Assembly: GCF_004010195.1 (NCBI RefSeq)
Contig: NC_057719.1
Span: 9,769,003 to 9,789,002 of the forward strand
Length of the DNA stretch: 20,000 bases
Source: Chiloscyllium plagiosum
Taxonomy: Eukaryota
Direction of reading: 5' to 3'
The notes beneath the pieces were generated by a model. That model was given only the letters and a program-made list of their open reading frames with translations. It was not told the origin of the DNA and made no database searches. The position numbers and the translations under genes were made by a program. Of this stretch, positions 9,707 through 19,770 are shown one piece after another. Every line of letters begins with the position of its first letter. The first letter of the stretch is position 1.

Positions 9707-10032
9707 CTCAATGGCAGAAATCTCACTGAGTTTCAATTGCCATTGGTTAACAGCACGGGTAATTTGTCTCCATGGTTTCGGTCCCCATTAAATCCATTCA
9801 TCGGGGACCATTCTGTCGGGTAAGCAATCTTAATGCTGGCAACATTAGTAGTAGTTTTATTTGCCTCCAGCTTTGCTCTTCTTTTAGAAATAGTTTGCTT
9901 ATTAGGAAGACTCTAGCTGATTTTGTATTTCATTTCGATCGAAGCACAATTTTGTCAAACACAATAAACCTGAAGAAAAAACAGGTACTGACAGCACAGG
10001 CTCTCCTCAATACAAGTGGGAACAATAGAGTT

Positions 10033-10392
10033 GAGCAACGGCCTAGTGGAATTATCACTAGACTGTTAATCTGGGGGCCAAGGTTCAAATCCTGCCTTGG
10101 CAGAGTTTTAATTCAATAAATATCTGAGATTAAGAGTCTAATGATTGTCAGGAAAAAAACCCATCTGGTTCACAACTGTCCTTTCAGGAAGGAAATTGCC
10201 ATCCTTATCTGGTCCTGCCTCCTTCTGACTCCAGACCTACAACAATGTCGTTGACTCTCAACTGCCAGCTGGGCAATAAATGCTGGCCTACAAAGAACAT
10301 TACAGCACAAGTACAGGCCCTTCGGCCTTCCAAGCCTGCACTGATCCAGATCCTCCAGCCAGCAATGTCTTCACCCCATGAGTGAATAAAAC
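10033..10392 (+). mobile_element. tRNA-derived SINE ('family B') sharing the LINE family A tail; small reverse CR1 tail inserted at ~10290-10354
   Basis: A-box-like ggcctagtgg, B-box-like ggttcaaatcc; tail gggcaataaatgctggcc...ccatgagtgaataaaa matches 455-515 and 2668-2713. Confidence 0.85.
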
Positions 10393-10649
10393 AAAAGGCC
10401 ACAGAGGAACGTTTAAAGTTATTGATGTGGCAACATTGGGCTGGAAGTTATTCACCGTGATAAATGAGAAGTCACCTTCGGCTTCGTGCAGATCCAGGGA
10501 GAGAGATGGATAAAGGCGTTTGAAAAAATTTACTGCAATATTTTCAATTTTTTTTTATACTCTATACTTCCTTTTGTTAACATGTCACTCCCTACTGAAA
10601 GGACAAATAAACAATCTATGCAGTCGTATGTTACAGTGATAGGTTGTAG

Positions 10650-10859
10650 TTCTTAGGTGTTATGATAATCAACAACGTGTCCTGGACCTCCCACATAGAT
10701 GCATCGGTCAAGAAGGCACAATAGCACCTTTTCCTCCTCAGGAGGTTGAGGAAATTTGGCATGTCCATAAGGACCCTCACCATCTCCTACAGATGCACCA
10801 GGGAAAGCAAACTGTCCAAGTGCATAACAGCCTGGTATGGCAATTGCTCTGCCCAGACC
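10650..10859 (+). mobile_element. Rex1/Babar LINE RT fragment
   Basis: Translates FLGVMIINNVSWTSHIDASVKKAQ*HLFLLRRLRKFGMSIRTLTISYRCTRESKLSKCITAWYGNCSAQ, characteristic of Rex1; one stop. Confidence 0.85.
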
Positions 10860-10895
10860 TGCTGAGCTTTTCTATCAGTTTCTGCTTTTGTATTC
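10853..10895 (+). mobile_element. Short Penelope-like terminal fragment fused to the Rex1 piece
   Basis: ccagacctgctgagcttttctatcagtttctgcttttg is similar to 16386-16418 and to the reverse of 11228-11264. Confidence 0.55.
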
Positions 10896-11221
10896 TTTTG
10901 TCTGGTTTGGGTAAAATGCATGATATTCAAGATATTTCTTTCTACTTGAGTTGGCAAGTAACATTTTGCTGTAGCCCAAATGGGTACCAAAGGTATAAAC
11001 ACAATATTGGGTTACCCATTCGCCCTTTTCCTATGAGATTAATTGGATGATCTTACACTGTGTTCTGAAGATTTGTTTTTCATTTCCCCAGGATTATATA
11101 TTTTTAAAACTCTGGGTGAATACACTTGTAATTTTGAATGGTTTTAAATTAGGCTGCATGTGTGGATTTTTCTTATCCTTGAACCAAAGTTTGTGATGAA
11201 TCTGTGTATCCAACAGACACC

Positions 11222-11316
11222 TGAAACAAGAACAAAAATTCCTGGAGAAACTCAGCAGGTCTAGCAGCATCAATGGAAAGAAAGCAGAGATCATGTTTTG
11301 AGTGACTCTTCATGAG
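11222..11316 (-). mobile_element. Penelope-like end with heavily degraded hammerhead
   Basis: ctggagaaactcagcaggtctagcagcatc; minus strand ctcatgaagagtcactcaaaac. Confidence 0.7.
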
Positions 11317-11352
11317 CATGTCTATTGCATTCATTTTCTTTCCCATACAATG

Positions 11353-12400
11353 TCATAGAATCACAGAGGTCTCCAGCATAGAAACAGTCCCTTCGGCCCA
11401 ACTTGCCGGCACAGTGGTTAGCACTGCTGCCTCACAGCGCCAGAGACCCGGGTTCAATTCCCGCCTCAGGCGACTGACTGTGTGGAGTTTGCACATTCTC
11501 CCCGTGTCTGTGTGGGTTTCCTCCGGGTGCTCCGGTTTCCTCCCACAGTCCAAAAATGTGCAGGTTAGGCATGCTAAATTGCCCGTAGTGTTAGGTGAAG
11601 GGGTAAATGTAGGGGAATGGGTGTGGGTGGGTGGCACTTTGGCAGGTCGGTGTGGACTTGTTGGGCCGAAGGGCCTGTTTCCACACTGTAAGTAATCTAA
11701 TCTAATCTAATCTTGCCCATGCCATCCAGTTTTCACAATTAATCTCATCCCATTTGACTGCCTTTGGTCCATATCCCTCCATTCCCATTCCATCCACGTA
11801 TTTGTCTGAATGTTTCTTAAATGACAAAATCACATTCGCTTCTACCACTACTTATGGCAGCCGTTCCAGACACTCACCCAACTTCTGTGTGAAAAGTTTG
11901 CCCCTCTGGACCCTTTTGAATCTCTCCCCTTTCACCTTAAATCTATGCCCTCTTGTTTTAGACACCTCCACCACGGGGTAAAGCTGTTGGCTATTCATCT
12001 TCTCGCGGCCTCTCTCGCGGCCTCTCATGATTTTATAGACCTCTCTACGGTCACCCCTCAGTCTCCAATGCTCCAGGGAATAAACTCCCAGCCATCCAGC
12101 CTCTCCTTATCACTCATACCTTCCAGTCTAGCTAGCATCTTCGTAAATCTTTTCTGCACCCTTTCTGAAGGAGGGCGACCAAAAATGCATGCAGTACTGC
12201 AGATGTGGCCTTACCAACATCTTGTACGGTTGCAACAAGATGTTCCAATGTCTATACTCAATGCTCTGACCAATGAAAGCAAGCAAGTCAAAAGCCTTCT
12301 TTACCACCCTGTCTACCTGTGACTCCACTTTCAAGGAGTGATGAAACTGTACTCCTAGAACTCTTAGTTCTATAACACACCCCCAGCCCTACCATTGACT
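11353..12400 (-). mobile_element. CR1 LINE fragment (host of SINE 11408-11711)
   Basis: ORF 12128-12334 (-) QVDRVVKKAFDLLAFIGQSIEYR...LVRPHLQYCMHFWSP; 12-bp tandem duplication tctcgcggcctc at 12001-12024. Confidence 0.9.
11408..11711 (+). mobile_element. HE1-type V-SINE, near full length
   Basis: tRNA head ggcacagtggttagcac...gggttcaattccc, V-domain, (TCTAA)n tail; TSD cttgcc at 11402-11407 and 11712-11717. Confidence 0.95.
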
Positions 12401-12526
12401 GTAGTCTGAACTGACTTGTCATGAAATTTGCTTTTGACAGCAGTAACGTAAAAATCAACATAAAACACTCACTGACAGGGGCATACTCATGAGAAAGTCA
12501 TCTGTTTATGTCTGCGCGTAACACTA

Positions 12527-12812
12527 AGTCAGTAGCATAGTAGTGCCGTGGCTAGACTAGTAATCCTCAACCTGAATTGAATACCAGTTACATGGTTTCA
12601 AATCCTGTAGATGGCAGATTGTCAAATCTGAATTGAACTTGTTTCTTTTAAAAAAAAAGTTACATCAATGGTAACACCTAATTGTCATAAAGGAAATCTG
12701 CCATCCTGGGGTGCTACATGTGACTCCAGACCCACAGCAAGGTGCCCTCTGGACACTTAGAGATGGGCAGTAAATGTTGACCCAGCCAGTGATGCCCATA
12801 TCCCATAAACAT
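12527..12812 (+). mobile_element. SINE family B copy, diverged
   Basis: ctagactagtaatcc...aaggaaatctgccatcc...gtgactccagacccacagcaa...gatgggcagtaaatgttgacccagccagtgatgccc. Confidence 0.8.
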
Positions 12813-12864
12813 TTTTTTTAAAAGGAAGCCTTGCAGAAAAGCAAATTCTCTCAAAATTCAGACT

Positions 12865-13150
12865 ACAAAAAAGGCAAGGCAAGGCAAGGCAATTCAAGAC
12901 AGGGATGCTGTGAGAATCCAGGTCGGTTTGGACTGATTGAGTGCTATGGCAACCAATGAACACCCCGGAGTTACTGCCTGGCCCAGTTCATGAGCTGAGT
13001 CCACGAGTCCCCGAGCAAACAGTGTTGTTCCTGCAGCATTACAATGAGAGTTGCTATGCATCCTGAGGTGCAACACCACAGTTGCAGATATTTTCGAATC
13101 GGACTTTCAGATTTGTATTATATACCTCAGTTACAGAAAGGACCACTGCC
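12865..13150 (-). mobile_element. SINE family C copy with (CCTTG)n tail, head degraded
   Basis: Shares ctgtgagaatccaggt, gattgagtgct, gcctggcccag, gagcaaacag and cagcattacaatgagagtt with 7835-8132; (aaggc)x4 at 12871-12890. Confidence 0.75.
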
Positions 13151-13314
13151 CTATCCAATAAGCGATCTTCTCCACGTAATCTATCAAATGTGGTTGAGTT
13201 GTGTCACTCTTCGAAGATAGACCATCCTACTTCAGGAAGAATTTAAATTTCTCAAAATATTTATATTTCTGCAAGCAGGGATTATGAGGGTGAAAGGTAT
13301 ATTAGAAAAGATTG

Positions 13315-13672
13315 ATTCATAGGATTGTGGGAAGGAGATCATTTGGTCCATCCTGCCTGTGGCAATGCTTTGAAAGAACTACCCAATTAGACCCCACCAT
13401 CTGGTTTGAACACAGAATGCAAAATCTTTCCTTTTCAAATGTTATCCAATTCCCTTTGAAAGTTCTTATTGACTCTGCTTCCAGGAAATGCACTCCAGAT
13501 AATTGCAACTTTTTTCTTTACTAATTACCTTTAATCTGTGCCCTCTGGTTACTGACCCTCCTGTCACTGGAAAAAGTTTCCCCTGAATGAGAATAGAAAA
13601 TCCCTTCAAGATTTCAAACACCTCCATCAAACTTCCTCCTAACCTACTCTATTTAGAGGAAAAGTATCCCAG
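13315..13672 (-). mobile_element. Old CR1 3' fragment
   Basis: Reverse tail ggaaggagatcatttggtccatc; ORF remnant VHFLEAESIRTFK. Confidence 0.75.
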
Positions 13673-13677
13673 CACTT

Positions 13678-13786
13678 TTTTCTTTATTCATTCATGAGAT
13701 GTGGGCATCACTCATAAAAAAAGTATTTATTGCCCTTTCTGATTTGCCTTCAAGCTGAATAGCTTGGTTGGGCCATTTCAGAGTTG
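13678..13786 (-). mobile_element. SINE family B tail fragment
   Basis: tttattcattcatgagatgtgggcatcact...tatttattgccc is the reverse of the shared tail. Confidence 0.75.
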
Positions 13787-14090
13787 ATAACGTGGGACTG
13801 GAAAAAGCGCAGGAGGTCAAGCAGCATCTGCGGGGCAAGGGAGTCAATGTTTCAGGCATTACCCTTCATCAGGACTTGGGATGGGGAGGGGGGCTGAGGA
13901 ATAAATTGGGGGAGGTAGGGCTGGGAAAAAGGTAGGCGGGATGGCGATAGGTGGGCGAAGGTAGGAGGTGATTGTGATAGGTCGGTGAGGAGGATAGAGC
14001 CGATTGGTGGGAAGGAAGTTGGACAGGTAGGTCAGGTCAAGGGGCAGAGCCAAGTCGGAGGGTTGGATCTGGGATGGGGTTGGGGGGAGA
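13787..14090 (-). mobile_element. Penelope-like element 3' region
   Basis: Collinear with 19771-20000 (ggaaaaagcgcaggaggtcaagcagcatc...gcgataggtgg...gtgatagg); contains a hammerhead motif. Confidence 0.8.
13842..13876 (-). ncRNA. Minimal type I hammerhead ribozyme motif (CpG-decayed)
   Basis: agtc-CUGAUGA-a-gggu aau gccu-GAAAC-AUU-gacu: stem I AGUC/GACU perfect, stem II with GU pairs. Confidence 0.65.
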
Positions 14091-14091
14091 G

Positions 14092-15112
14092 TGGTGGTGG
14101 AGGGTTGTTTTTGGAATGGAGGTCTGTGACCCATGGTGTTCCACAGGGATTGGAGCTGGGTCCTCTTTTGTTTGTAATTTTTTATATAAATGATTCGGAT
14201 GAGAATATCGAAGGCATGATGAGTAAGTTTGTGGATAACACCAAAATTGGTGGCATAGATTTAAGATTACAAAGGTATCTTGAGTGAATGAGTCAATGGG
14301 CTGAAAAATGGCAGATGGAGTTCAATTCGGATAATTGTGAGGCATTGCATTTTTGTAAAACAAACAGGGATAGGCTTATACAATTAATGATAGGGCCTTG
14401 AGTAGTGTTGTAGAGCAGAGGGACCTAGCAGTTCAGGTACATAATCCTTTGAAGTTTGGTTCGTATATGGACAGGGTGGTTAAAAAAGCTTTAACATGTT
14501 TGCCTCCATTACTCAGTAGTTTGAATATAGGAGTTGGGAAGTCATTGAGGTTGTACAGGACATTGGTGAAGCCGCTTCTGGAATACTGTGTCCAATTCTG
14601 GTTACCCAGTTTTGGAACGATGTTATTAAGCTGGAGAGGGTTCAGAAGAGATTTACAGGGATGCTGCCGGGAATGGAAGTTTTGCGTTATAAAGAAAGGC
14701 TGGAACTTTATTCACTGGAGTGTAGGAGATTGAGAGGTGACCTTACAGAAGTTTATAAAATCGCAAGGGGTATAGATTGGGTTTATGGTAGATGTCTTTT
14801 ACCTAGAATGGGAGATCTCAAACTAGGGGCACACTCTTAAGGTAAGAGGAGAGAGATTTAGAAAAAGGGGCATGAGGGGCAAATATTTTTACACAGAAGA
14901 TGGTTCACGTGTGGAACGACCTTCCTGAGGGATTGACAGATTTGGGTACAATTACGATATTTAAAAGACATTTGGATAAATACATGAATTGGAAAGGTTT
15001 GGAGGAATATGAGCCAGGAGCAGGCAGGTGGGACTAGTTTAGCTTGGGATTATGTTTGGCATGGGTTGGTTGGACCAAAGCGTCTGCTTCCATGCTTAAT
15101 GACTCTATGACT
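14092..15112 (+). mobile_element. 5'-truncated CR1 with RT remnants
   Basis: WRSVTHGVPQGLELGPLLFVIFYIND...SKFVDNTKIGG and LYRTLVKPLLEYCVQFW; tail gactctatgact; frameshifted. Confidence 0.95.
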
Positions 15113-15194
15113 TACTGCCATGAGCACTGAAATAGGCACAAGTACGTATGCACTATGAGAAGCTCGGAGATGCACTTTGATCCAATCCATGAGA

Positions 15195-15285
15195 TGAGTT
15201 GAGAAATATATCAGCCATGATTGAATGGTGGAGCAGACTTGATGGACTGAATGGCCTAATTCTGCTCCTTTATCTTATGGTCTTC
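15195..15285 (+). mobile_element. CR1 extreme 3' tail
   Basis: atcagccatgattgaatggtggagcagacttgatggactgaatggcctaattctgctcctttatcttatggtct. Confidence 0.85.
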
Positions 15286-15324
15286 AGACAAATGTTTATC
15301 TCTTAACAAACATCACAAAAGGCA

Positions 15325-15473
15325 ATTTTCTTGTCATGATCACATCGTGATGTACTGCACCTTCGTGAGATCAAATTGGCTGCCAAATTTCCCTCCAACT
15401 TCAAAAGTACCACACTGAGTGGGAAAAGCTCCCGAAGTCATGAGACATAAGTAAGATAACTGCTACATTCTTT
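15325..15473 (+). mobile_element. Degraded Deu-domain SINE 3' part
   Basis: gtcatgatcacat...caaattggctgcc...acttcaaaagtac; reverse-similar to 2740-2830. Confidence 0.55.
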
Positions 15474-15556
15474 ATACTCAGCTTTGAACATATTTTGTCT
15501 CCTTTCTCCTGCTGCCCCTCCCTCATCCAACCTCAGTTAAGCAATGAATACAATTA

Positions 15557-15715
15557 CAGAGGAACCTCGATTATCCGAATGACACGAGCGGGGAGTATTT
15601 TGTCGGATAATCGAATGCCGGATAACACAGTTTAGCCAAGCATCGGGACCTTGCGATCTTGTCTGGATAGTCTGAAATTTGGATAATGGAATGCTGGATA
15701 ATTGAGGTTCCTCTG
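15557..15715. mobile_element. 159-bp MITE, Tc1/mariner (Tigger/pogo-like)
   Basis: TIR cagaggaacctcgattatcc / ggataattgaggttcctctg (19/20), TA duplication on both sides, internal ggataa repeats. Confidence 0.92.
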
Positions 15716-15775
15716 TAATTGGAACATCGACACCATCAGTTGACAAGAACTCCCCATGCTCGCAATTCATTCAGG

Positions 15776-15906
15776 TCATGAGCTCCTCTTGTACAATACG
15801 ACATAGCTCAATGTCATCGACCATGGTTTTGCACATACTGCATGTTCGTGAGGCTCAAAGAACGACAGAGCTCTGCTTCCATTACTATGGACTGCTATGA
15901 AGCAAT
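15776..15906 (-). CDS. Candidate terminal coding exon of an unidentified gene
   Basis: Acceptor-like gtgctttctgtcttgatgtattAG, 2 nt completing a split codon, then CFIAVHSNGSRALSFFEPHEHAVCAKPWSMTLSYVVLYKRSS*; other two frames stop within 7 codons; non-repetitive with retained CpGs. Protein not recognised. Confidence 0.4.
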
Positions 15907-16286
15907 CTAATACATCAAGACAGAAAGCACACTATTCATTGCAGTATTTCTATCAACCAGTAATATGGTCCTTTTCTTTAAGAAAAATATCTGGATGTTG
16001 CAATTATTTTCATGTCTCTGCTACAATGAGAAGCCTATCCATCTGAACTGCTTCACAATAATTACAAGAAATGGGAGATATCTGTATTCTGACTAACGTC
16101 TAGCTGTATTTTATACTTGGAAGCTGGCACTTACATATAGTTTTAACCCCTGCAAAAAATTGTGTATTAGCTTGGCTTATTTGATACCATTCCCGACTAA
16201 AGCTTGGAACAGTTTGAATTTGATGACATATCAGGGGTAGTGGCCTTTTTCTGAAAATGCTGCAATTCAAAACAAAGCATTAGTGT

Positions 16287-16420
16287 ATGACTCTTCTTCA
16301 GAAATTACCTTCTGAATTTCAGTTCTGCAGAAGAGTCATGACCAGACTTGAAACATTAACTCTGGTTTTCTTGCCTCAGATGCTGCCAGACCTGCTGGGT
16401 TTCTCCAGCATTCTGCTTGC
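16287..16420 (+). mobile_element. Penelope-like end with hammerhead (16321-16361, +) and an inverted partial copy (16287-16303, -)
   Basis: agtt-ctgcaga-a-gagtc atgacca gactt-gaaac-att-aact then cagatgctgccagacctgctgggtttctccagc; atgactcttcttcagaa is the 16/17 reverse complement of 16323-16339. Confidence 0.75.
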
Positions 16421-16730
16421 TCATTACCCATACACTCCGTCTCAGGCGGTGTGAACTTGGCGCTACTCATACTGATGGGTCATGTTGCTATCATGTTTGC
16501 CACTAAAGTTGCTTGATGTACGCACCACTGGCAAAGCCAGTGCTCGTTTCCCATCATGCCTTGCTGGGTCTTTTTAGAAGGTAGTTAAGAGTCAACACTT
16601 TACCCTTCCTAGGATGTGGGCATCACTGCCTAGGCCAACAATTATTGCCCATTCCTAGTTTCCCCTGAGAAGGCGATGATGAATTGCCTTCTTGAATTGT
16701 AGCAGTCCATTTGGTATAGTAACAGGGAGG

Positions 16731-16861
16731 TAAAAACAATGACTGCAGATGCTGGAAACCAGATTCTGGATTAGTGGTGCTGGAAGAGCACAGCAATTCA
16801 GGCAGCATCCGAGGAGCAGTAAAATTGACGTTTCGGGCAAAAGCCCTTCATCAGGAATAAA
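16731..16861 (-). mobile_element. Young Penelope-like end insertion
   Basis: taaaaacaatgactgcagatgctgg...cccttcatcaggaat; candidate TSD agggagg at 16724-16730 and 16862-16868. Confidence 0.85.
16823..16858 (-). ncRNA. Minimal type I hammerhead ribozyme motif, intact catalytic core
   Basis: auuc-CUGAUGA-a-GGGC UUUU GCCC-GAAAC-GUC-aauu; loopless palindromic stem III (ACGU); stem I only 2/4 paired in this copy. Confidence 0.75.
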
Positions 16862-17811
16862 AGGGAGGGCATTCCACGATTTTGACCCAGCAACAGTGGA
16901 GGTGATATATTTCCAAATCAGGAGAGTGAGTGGCTTGGAGGGGGACTTGCAGGTTTTGGTGTTCCTATATATCTGCTGGTCGTGAATTTGGAAGATGCTG
17001 TTGCAGGTGCCCTAGTAAATGGGGTTGAGAGTCTGGAGTCACACGTAGGCCAGAACAGGTAGGGACAGCAGGTTTCCTTTTCTGAAGGACATTAGGGAAC
17101 CCAGTTGGGTTTTATGACAATCGATAACAGTTTCATGGTCACCCTTACCGATGGTGGTAATTTTCATTTCCAGCTTTATTTAAATGCCACCACTTGCCAT
17201 GTTGATATTTGAACCCACGTCCTGGAGAATCAAGGTGGGCCTCTGGATTATGAGCCCTTTCACACCACCATCTCCCTCCCTCCAAACAGTTTGAATCACA
17301 TGCTCTCCTATTACCAACTTCGGCACCCTTACACGTGTGCCACTGGTTGACTTGTGTTCTATTGTCAGATTGTCTTCATCTAACATGGCCAATTTGAAAG
17401 ACTCCATTTTCTAACTGGATGATACATGACAGTTTGTGAAACAGCTTGTTATCAGATTCCAAGACTTTTATTGCAAACAAGCTGATGCTTTTAAAGTTAA
17501 CAGAAAAACAAAAATCACAACTTTTTTTTTGAAATGTCTAAAGATTTTCCCGAGGGTTTGCTCCTGTCAGTCTCCTGGACCATAATTTCCAATTTCTGAA
17601 GACTGCGTGTCAATTCCTGGAGGATTGGAACCTTAATCTCACAAAGACATTGGGTATGTAATGAAACCTGACACCTTAGTGAGATCAGAATTGCATGCTT
17701 TTAATTATCCTTAACCACTAAAATGACTTCACATGAAGAGTGCACCTGCCTTGATCATCTATTAGTGGATCCAAGGACATTGTTTTGTGCTGTAAAGATC
17801 AATAAAGTACA

Positions 17812-19765
17812 ATACAATATAATATAGTACAGGAACAGGCCCTTTGGCCCACTAAGACTTCACCAATTCTAATTAGACCCGTCACTTATTGTCCATATGC
17901 AGTGTCTAACTCTCTATTTGCCACCCATTCATGTGCCTATCAAAATATGCTTTAAATGTTGCTAATACACTTGCTTCCACCACCTCCACTGACAGTGCAT
18001 ACCAAGCACCCAATCTCTGTGTGAAACATCTTTCCCGCAATTCTCCCTTCAACTTTCTCCCTCTTGCTTTGAACCTGTGTCCTCGATTGTTGACCTTTCC
18101 ATCATGGGAAAAGCATCTGACTATCCACCCTATCTATACCTCTCATATGTTTGTAGACTTCTAACAGGTCTCCCCTAAGCCTCCGTCCTTCTAGTGAAAA
18201 CAATTTGAGTTTATCCAACCTTTCATCATAACTAAAACCCTCTAGACCAGGCAACATAGTGATAAAACTTCTCTGCATCCTCTCCAAAGCATCCACGTCC
18301 TTCTGGGTAGAGTGGCAAACAGAACTGCACACAATATCCCAAATGTGACCTATCTAAAGCTGTAACATTACTTGCCAACTTTTATATTCAATGCCTCACC
18401 CAATGAAGGCAAATGTGCAGTATGCCTTCGTGACCACCTTATCCACCTGTCTTGCCACTTCCAGAGATCTGTGGACTTGTATGTCCAGAGCCCTCTGTAT
18501 TTCAATGCTCCTAATGGTTCTGCCATTTATTGTGTAACTCGCATCTGAATTTGATTTTCCAAAATGCATCTCGTCCCATTTGTCCAGAGTAAACTCCAAC
18601 TGTCATTTCTTTGTCCAAGTCTGCTATCTATCTATATCCCACTGTATCCTTTGAAAATCCTCCTCACTGTCTGAAACTGCGCCAATTTTGGTGTCATCCA
18701 TTGAAGTACTCATCAGACCACTTACATTTTCCTCCAAGTCATTTATATTTTACAAACAAAAGGTCCTAACACTGATCCCTGCAGAACACCACTAGTTACT
18801 GATCTCCATTCCAAAAAGCACCCTTCCACCACTACTCTGTCTTCTATGACCAAGCTAGTTTTGTATCAATCTAGCCAGTTCACCCCAGATCCTATGAGAG
18901 ACTATCTTCTGTACCAGCCTGCCATGACATACCTTATCAAATGCCTTATAAAAGTCCATGTAGACAACATCAACACTCCCTCATCAATCATTCTTGTCAC
19001 CCTCTCAAAAAACTCAATCAGGTTGGTGAGACATGACCTTCCCTGCACAAACCCATACTGCTTATTACTAACAAGTCCATTTGTTTCCAAATGTGAATAA
19101 ATCCTGTCTCTCAGTATCTTCTCCAACAGCTTCCCCACCCACTGATATCAGGCTCACCAGCCTGTAGTTACCTGGATTATCTCTGTTTCACTTCTTAAAC
19201 AAAGGAACTATGGCCATTCTGCAGTCCTCTGGACCCTCATCTGAGGCCAAAGATGATGCAAAGATATCTATTAAGCCCCCAGCTATTCCTCCTTTGCCTC
19301 CCACAATAACCTGGGAAAGATCCTATCTGGCCCTGGGGACTTGTCTACCCTCATACATTTCAAGACACCCAACACATGTTCCTTCATTATGTTGACCTGT
19401 TGGAGAATATTCACACCCTTTCCCTAACCTCAACATCCCTTACGTCCCTCTCTTTGGTGAATACTAATGTAAAGTCCTCATTAAGGATCTCACTCATTTC
19501 CTCTGGCTCCACATACAACCTTCCTCCTTTACCCTTGAGTGGGACTACTTTTTCCTTAACTACTCTCTTGTTCCTAATATATGTGTAAAATGCCTTGGGA
19601 TTCTCCTTAACCCTGCTGGCCGAGCACATTTCATGACCCCTGTTAGTCCTCCTAACTCCCTATTTGAGCTCCTTCCTACTGATTCTACATTCTTCAAGGA
19701 TTTTGTTTGCTTTTTTTAGACCTGGACATTAGTTATGCTTCCTTTTTCTTGACTAAGCTGATAAT
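17812..19765 (-). mobile_element. ~1.95-kb decayed CR1 ORF2 (RT) fragment
   Basis: ORF pieces KENPKAFYTYIRNKR, GKLLEKILRDRIYSHLE...QYGFVQGRSCLTNLIEFFERVT, QVDKVVTKAY, RRLRGDLLEVYK; many frameshifts. Confidence 0.95.
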
Positions 19766-19770
19766 TTTCT

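Larger units (their letters stand above)
16610..17021 (-). mobile_element. LINE family A 3' fragment nested in SINE B
   Basis: gccttcttgaattgtagcagtccatt...ttccacgattttgacccagcaacagtg...gatatatttccaaatcagga is the reverse of ~230-500. Confidence 0.8.
16510..17278 (-). mobile_element. SINE family B split into ~16510-16598 and ~17022-17278
   Basis: gtagttaagagtcaacac|...|gtctggagtcacacgtaggccaga...aaggacattag...tttgaaccc is the reverse of 10033-10392. Confidence 0.75.

Noticed and set aside
11408..11470. tRNA gene
   Set aside because: A/B boxes continue directly into the V-domain and LINE tail with a TSD, so this is a SINE head.
11312..11695. 127-aa ORF and overlapping antisense ORF
   Set aside because: Translation of the HE1 SINE (VWSLHILPVS...), a common spurious protein.
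13879..14100. G-rich tract as a host G4 regulatory element
   Set aside because: Intrinsic strand bias of the Penelope-like 3' region, repeated at 19870-20000.
15770..15778. TGA of the candidate exon as selenocysteine
   Set aside because: A second in-frame TGA follows after two codons and no SECIS was recognised.
17812..19765. Active or domesticated reverse transcriptase
   Set aside because: 5'-truncated, with multiple stops and frameshifts.
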